Source: Thermincola sp. (lineage in GTDB: Bacteria; Bacillota; Thermincolia; Thermincolales; UBA2595). Taken from it: a stretch of DNA of 32,000 nt. The stretch lies in assembly GCA_032027005.1 (NCBI GenBank), contig JAVSMW010000015.1, positions 10,354 to 42,353 on the forward strand. The letters run 5' to 3'. Position 1 is the stretch's first letter. Every line of letters begins with the position of its first letter. The position numbers and the translations under genes are program-made. The notes beneath the pieces were generated by a model. It had not been told where the DNA came from, did not search any database, and worked only from the letters and a program-made list of their open reading frames with translations. Positions 28,323 through 32,000 of the stretch are shown here, piece by piece.

Positions 28323-30479
28323 ATGAAAGAAAAAGTAATGGAATTCATGAAAAGGGAAGCCTACCGTCCATTATCGGCAGCGGAATTATATAACGCCCTT
28401 GGCTTTTCTGATCATGACGGATTTTTAAAAATCCTAGAGGAACTGGAAAATGAGGGTAAGGTTATTTGCACCAGGAAAATGAAGTACGGTCTGCCGGAGA
28501 AAATGAATCTGGTAGTGGGAAAACTTCAGGGGCATGCCAATGGTTTCGGTTTCTTAATTCAGGACACACCTGGAGTGCCTGATGTGTTTATCAGTGCTGA
28601 CAACATGAACAGTGCCATGCATAACGACAGGGTAATTGCCAGGTTATTGGGGCGAAGCTGGGATGGTCCCAAACAAGAGGGAGAAATCATCAGAATCTTG
28701 TCAAGGGCCAATAAGACTATTGTGGGGACCTTTGACAGGGGAAACAGGTACGGTTTTGTCACACCAGACGAAAACCGGATCAGTACCGATATTTTTATCC
28801 CCAAGGGGCAGGAAATGAATGCCCGGACCGGTGACAAGGTAGTTGTAGAAATTACCGACTGGCCGGAGCGCCGCTGCAACCCGGAAGGGCGTATTATTAC
28901 AATAATTGGTCATAAAAATGAGCCTGGAACAGATATAGAATCTATTATCTGGAAGTTTGGCCTGCCTAAAGAGTTTCCGAAGCCTGTCTTGGCAGAGGTC
29001 GCCAAAATTCCCATGGAGGTCATTGCCGCGCAGGAGGCTGGACGCCGTAATCTCAGGGATCTTATGATGGTAACCATTGACGGTGAAGATGCTAAGGATC
29101 TTGATGATGCTGTATCCTTAGAGGTTCTGCCTAATGGCAACTTTCATCTGGGAGTCCACATTGCCGATGTTGGCAGCTATGTAACACCTGGCAGCGCCCT
29201 GGACAAAGAGGCCTATAAAAGAGGGACCAGTATTTACCTGGTGGACAGGGTGATTCCTATGCTGCCGCATGAATTATCCAATGGGATCTGCAGCCTGAAT
29301 CCGAAGGTGGATCGGCTGGCATTGTCTGTCTTCATGGAGATTGACAACAAAGGCCGGGTGCTGAGGCATGACATTTGCGAATCAGTTATCAATATCAATG
29401 AACGAATGACTTACAGTAATGTTAAAAAGATTTTGGTTGATAAGGACCAGGAACTGATTAGCAAATATGATTACCTTGTGGAAACTTTTAATTTGATGGA
29501 AAGATTGTGCCTAATTTTAAATGGGCGCAGGCTGGCACGGGGCACTGTGGACTTTGAATTTCCGGAAGTCAAGGTAAAACTTGACGAAAAAGGGCAACCC
29601 ATTGATATACTTAAATATGACCGTTCTGTTGCTGACAGGATAATCGAGGAGTTCATGCTTGTTACCAATGAAACGGTGGCCCAGCATTTCTTTGAACAGG
29701 GCGTACCTTTTGTATATCGGATTCATGAGAAGCCTGACTCTGAAAAAGTATCTAATCTTAACAGATTCCTGTTTACCTTTGGTCTTAGTATAAAAGGGTT
29801 CAATAAAATTCATCCGGGTGCTTTTCAGGAAGTCTTGAAAAAGGTTGCGGGGCGCCCAGAAGAACGAGTAATCAGCACTGTCATGCTGAGAACTATGAAA
29901 CTGGCCAGGTACAGTGAAGAAAATAGCGGTCATTTTGGGTTGGCTGCCGAACATTACTGCCATTTTACGTCCCCCATCAGAAGGTACCCGGACCTTGTTA
30001 TTCACCGGATCATCAAAGAAGTCCTGGTCAAAGGGCAGCTGCCCGGTCAGAGAAAAGATAAGCTGGCCATCTTTGTTACTGATGCGTCGATACAGTCTTC
30101 GGAACGGGAAAAGCTGGCTACTGAGGCAGAACGGGATAGTGTGGACCTTAAAAAAGTAGAATTTATGCAAAATAAAATCGGTGAGGAATATCAGGCGATT
30201 ATTTCGGGAGTTACTTCCTTTGGTATCTTTGTGGAGCTAGATAACATGGTCGAAGGTTTGGTTCACGTCACCACCATGATGGATGATTTTTACGAATATG
30301 ATGAAAATAAACTGTCTTTGACCGGGCGGCATACAGGCAGGTCCTTCCGGATTGGGGATAGTGTCAGGGTAAGACTAGAGCAGGTTAATCTTGATGAACG
30401 CAAGCTGGATTTTGAACTGGTAGAAAATGTCGACAGACCAAGTAAAATATTGGTCGGGAGCGGCATTTCTACCCCTTGA
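28323..30479 (+). CDS. rnr: Ribonuclease R
   Basis: N-terminal wHTH and cold-shock-like domains, RNB catalytic domain (TIDGEDAKDLDDAVS, HFGLAAEHYCHFTSPIRRYPDL) and C-terminal S1 domain (GVTSFGIFVEL). Confidence 0.93.
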   Translation: MKEKVMEFMKREAYRPLSAAELYNALGFSDHDGFLKILEELENEGKVICTRKMKYGLPEKMNLVVGKLQGHANGFGFLIQDTPGVPDVFISADNMNSAMHNDRVIARLLGRSWDGPKQEGEIIRILSRANKTIVGTFDRGNRYGFVTPDENRISTDIFIPKGQEMNARTGDKVVVEITDWPERRCNPEGRIITIIGHKNEPGTDIESIIWKFGLPKEFPKPVLAEVAKIPMEVIAAQEAGRRNLRDLMMVTIDGEDAKDLDDAVSLEVLPNGNFHLGVHIADVGSYVTPGSALDKEAYKRGTSIYLVDRVIPMLPHELSNGICSLNPKVDRLALSVFMEIDNKGRVLRHDICESVININERMTYSNVKKILVDKDQELISKYDYLVETFNLMERLCLILNGRRLARGTVDFEFPEVKVKLDEKGQPIDILKYDRSVADRIIEEFMLVTNETVAQHFFEQGVPFVYRIHEKPDSEKVSNLNRFLFTFGLSIKGFNKIHPGAFQEVLKKVAGRPEERVISTVMLRTMKLARYSEENSGHFGLAAEHYCHFTSPIRRYPDLVIHRIIKEVLVKGQLPGQRKDKLAIFVTDASIQSSEREKLATEAERDSVDLKKVEFMQNKIGEEYQAIISGVTSFGIFVELDNMVEGLVHVTTMMDDFYEYDENKLSLTGRHTGRSFRIGDSVRVRLEQVNLDERKLDFELVENVDRPSKILVGSGISTP

Positions 30480-30503
30480 CATCAGAAAGCTATATGCTAT
30501 AAT
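30476..30503 (+). promoter_or_regulatory. Near-consensus sigma-A promoter for smpB, overlapping the rnr stop
   Basis: TTGACA (30476-30481), 16-nt spacer, TATAAT (30498-30503) with TGc extension. Confidence 0.7.
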
Positions 30504-30544
30504 GTAATGTACGTCTCAAGGATTAGTTATCGAGGTGGCCGAAA

Positions 30545-31009
30545 ATGGCTGACAGTATTAAGGTAATAACTGAAAACAGAAAAGCCCGGCACGATTTTCA
30601 TATTGAAGAAACTTTTGAAGCCGGGATTGTTCTGGCCGGTACGGAAGTGAAATCTCTGCGGGCCGGCAAAGCCAATTTAAAAGACAGTTTTGCCAGGGTT
30701 GATCATGGGGAGATATTTCTTTACAATGCCCATATCAGTCCTTATGAGCAGGGGAACAGGTTTAACCACGATCCTCTAAGGACCCGCAAGCTGTTAATGC
30801 ATGCCTTTGAAATACGCAAGCTCATTGGCAAAGTTCAGGAGAAAGGCCTTACTTTGGTGCCGCTAAAGATGTATTTCAAAAACGGCAAAGCCAAAGTCCA
30901 GTTAGCCCTGGCCAAAGGGAAAAAGCTCTATGACAAGCGAGACGACATGGCTGCCCGGGATGCGAAACGAGAAATGGAGAAGGCATTTCGGGAGAGGCAG
31001 AAAATGTAG
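30545..31009 (+). CDS. smpB: SsrA-binding protein SmpB
   Basis: [29 protein letters not shown] and RTRKLL motifs. Adjacent to tmRNA. Confidence 0.95.
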   Translation: MADSIKVITENRKARHDFHIEETFEAGIVLAGTEVKSLRAGKANLKDSFARVDHGEIFLYNAHISPYEQGNRFNHDPLRTRKLLMHAFEIRKLIGKVQEKGLTLVPLKMYFKNGKAKVQLALAKGKKLYDKRDDMAARDAKREMEKAFRERQKM

Positions 31010-31058
31010 CTCTGAGAATGATGAATGACTTTCATTCTTACTTTAAAAGTTTTTGCTA

Positions 31059-31179
31059 GGCTGTTCAAAAGCGAGCATAGCTAGGAGCCATTTGTGTCGG
31101 AACCGGAGGCGTACTGGGTATGTACGTCGAGGATTACGGCACAAATGGCGACAACGCTAGGCGACGCTTTTCAACAGCC
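31059..31179 (+). repeat. Conserved-apex long hairpin, copy 2, between smpB and ssrA
   Basis: Outer stem 31059-31073 / 31165-31179 (14 of 15 bp). Inner stem 31087-31096 / 31140-31149 (10 bp perfect). Apex 31101-31135 is aaccggaggcgtactgggtatgtacgtcgaggatt. It ends 8 nt before the tmRNA 5' end. Confidence 0.8.
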
Positions 31180-31187
31180 GTAAACAT

Positions 31188-31537
31188 GGGGGTGTAATGG
31201 TTTCGACGGGGGAAGAATAAACACAATAAGCGAGCCGGGATCCCACAGGCCCGTTAAACAGTGGAACTTAAATTAAACGCTAAAAACGATTTAGCTTACG
31301 CAGCTTAATTGCTGCTCACCTCTCTGCTTCTGTGCTCTGTGTGAGGCAGATGAGGTCATTTAACAGAGCTGGCTGACCCCCAATTCTCGGAGGGGTGACG
31401 CGAGATTTATCGAGATAGTGAGCCGGTAGCCTGTCGGTAGGCGATTGGTGAGCGAAATTTAAAATACTCGACTACGCTCGTAGAAGGTTGTGTGGGTTCT
31501 CTTTCGGACGCGGGTTCGACACCCGCCACCTCCACCA
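31188..31537 (+). ncRNA. ssrA: tmRNA (SsrA)
   Basis: 5' GGGGGUGUAAUGGUUUCGACGGGG and 3' GGACGCGGGUUCGACACCCGCCACCUCCACCA. The acceptor stem GGGGGUG/CACCUCC has the G3-U wobble. Tag reading frame 31279-31308: gct aaa aac gat tta gct tac gca gct taa = AKNDLAYAA. Confidence 0.93.
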
Positions 31538-31610
31538 AATAATCTACCATCTATTGATAAAATTCAGTTTATTGTTGGTGGTTTTTAAATAGTCAATAAA
31601 CCCAGTATTT

Positions 31611-31646
31611 AAGCCGCTTTCGCAGGTTTTGCGAGGCGGCTTTTTT
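31611..31646 (+). terminator. Probable terminator of the ssrA transcript
   Basis: Stem aagccgctttcgc / gcgaggcggctt (imperfect), followed by TTTTTT (31641-31646). Confidence 0.6.
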
Positions 31647-31690
31647 CGTTTGCTGAAGAATTTTTGGGCGGAGTGTTTTAATAACACTGG

Positions 31691-31897
31691 TTGAATTGGT
31701 ATCAATTTGATGAAGACGCACCTGTGGAGCAAATTCTTGGTATACTCGAAACCGTCACCATCACTGATCTTGTAGTCATACGGGACAATAACCTGCTTAA
31801 CGATAGCGTGACGGCTACTGACAATGTAGTAGTAACAGGGGCAAACAACGGGGCATATTTAGCAGACACGGCTAAGGCAGACTTCTGCAGTGCTTAG
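31691..31897 (+). CDS. Hypothetical protein (68 aa), uncertain
   Basis: TTG start without a well-spaced RBS. Its stop is followed by AGGAAGGAG and a further ORF, which suggests a coupled pair. No recognisable motifs. Confidence 0.3.
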   Translation: MNWYQFDEDAPVEQILGILETVTITDLVVIRDNNLLNDSVTATDNVVVTGANNGAYLADTAKADFCSA

Positions 31898-31913
31898 GAA
31901 GGAGTGGGCGAGC

Positions 31914-32000
31914 TTGATTAATGAAAAAATTGGCATTGTTGGCCGGGTAAAGGTTAGGACATACCCGGCGCACCTTGAACAAAAAATTATACAGCTTTTT
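31914..32000 (+). CDS. Hypothetical protein, 5' part only (runs off the window)
   Basis: TTG 31914 lies 9 nt after AGGAAGGAG. The frame is open to the window end (LINEKIGIVGRVKVRTYPAHLEQKIIQLF). Confidence 0.3.
   Translation, partial: MINEKIGIVGRVKVRTYPAHLEQKIIQLF

Noticed and set aside
31010-31058. Terminator or independent ssrA promoter just after smpB
   Set aside because: The agaatga/tcattct hairpin (31015-31038) has only a poor U-tract. The best promoter-like match (TTGCTA-17-CATAGC) has a very weak -10. Neither is strong enough to call.

Overview
This is a chromosomal window from a Gram-positive anaerobe. I infer Clostridia or Peptococcaceae-like from gene order, GGAGG ribosome-binding sites and recurrent TGGTATAAT extended -10 boxes. 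I have no database confirmation of taxon or of any call. Almost everything is on the + strand. In order, the window holds: (1) a glycogen/glucose catabolic cluster with a GH15 fragment, a debranching enzyme, an archaeal-type PGI/PMI, a PHP phosphatase and a ROK glucokinase; (2) an AT-richer stretch with a methyl-accepting chemotaxis protein, a small membrane protein, two small paralogous ORFs that each have their own terminator, and a second PHP phosphatase; (3) rapZ-yvcK, two crcB genes, then whiA-rpoN; (4) the central glycolytic operon cggR-gap-pgk-tpiA-gpmI-eno with a recognisable CggR operator; (5) the membrane pyrophosphatase hppA; (6) a 670-bp non-coding locus full of long structured hairpins; (7) a YtrA-like GntR regulator followed by a decayed ABC transporter and a PH/DUF1648 membrane protein; (8) secG-rnr-smpB-ssrA (tmRNA). 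Three observations are the most interesting. First, a hairpin family has a conserved 33-35 nt apical module on arms that differ in sequence but stay self-complementary. It has two copies in opposite orientation, one ending 8 nt upstream of tmRNA. Second, a ~320-nt rod-like imperfect hairpin with a multi-hairpin apex lies between hppA and the GntR gene and is a candidate large structured RNA. Third, a heptamer-based (GTGGNNA)n palindromic repeat family brackets the crcB pair and supplies the stop codons of tpiA and crcB2. I could not match the hairpin elements to any RNA family I know; that needs a covariance-model search.
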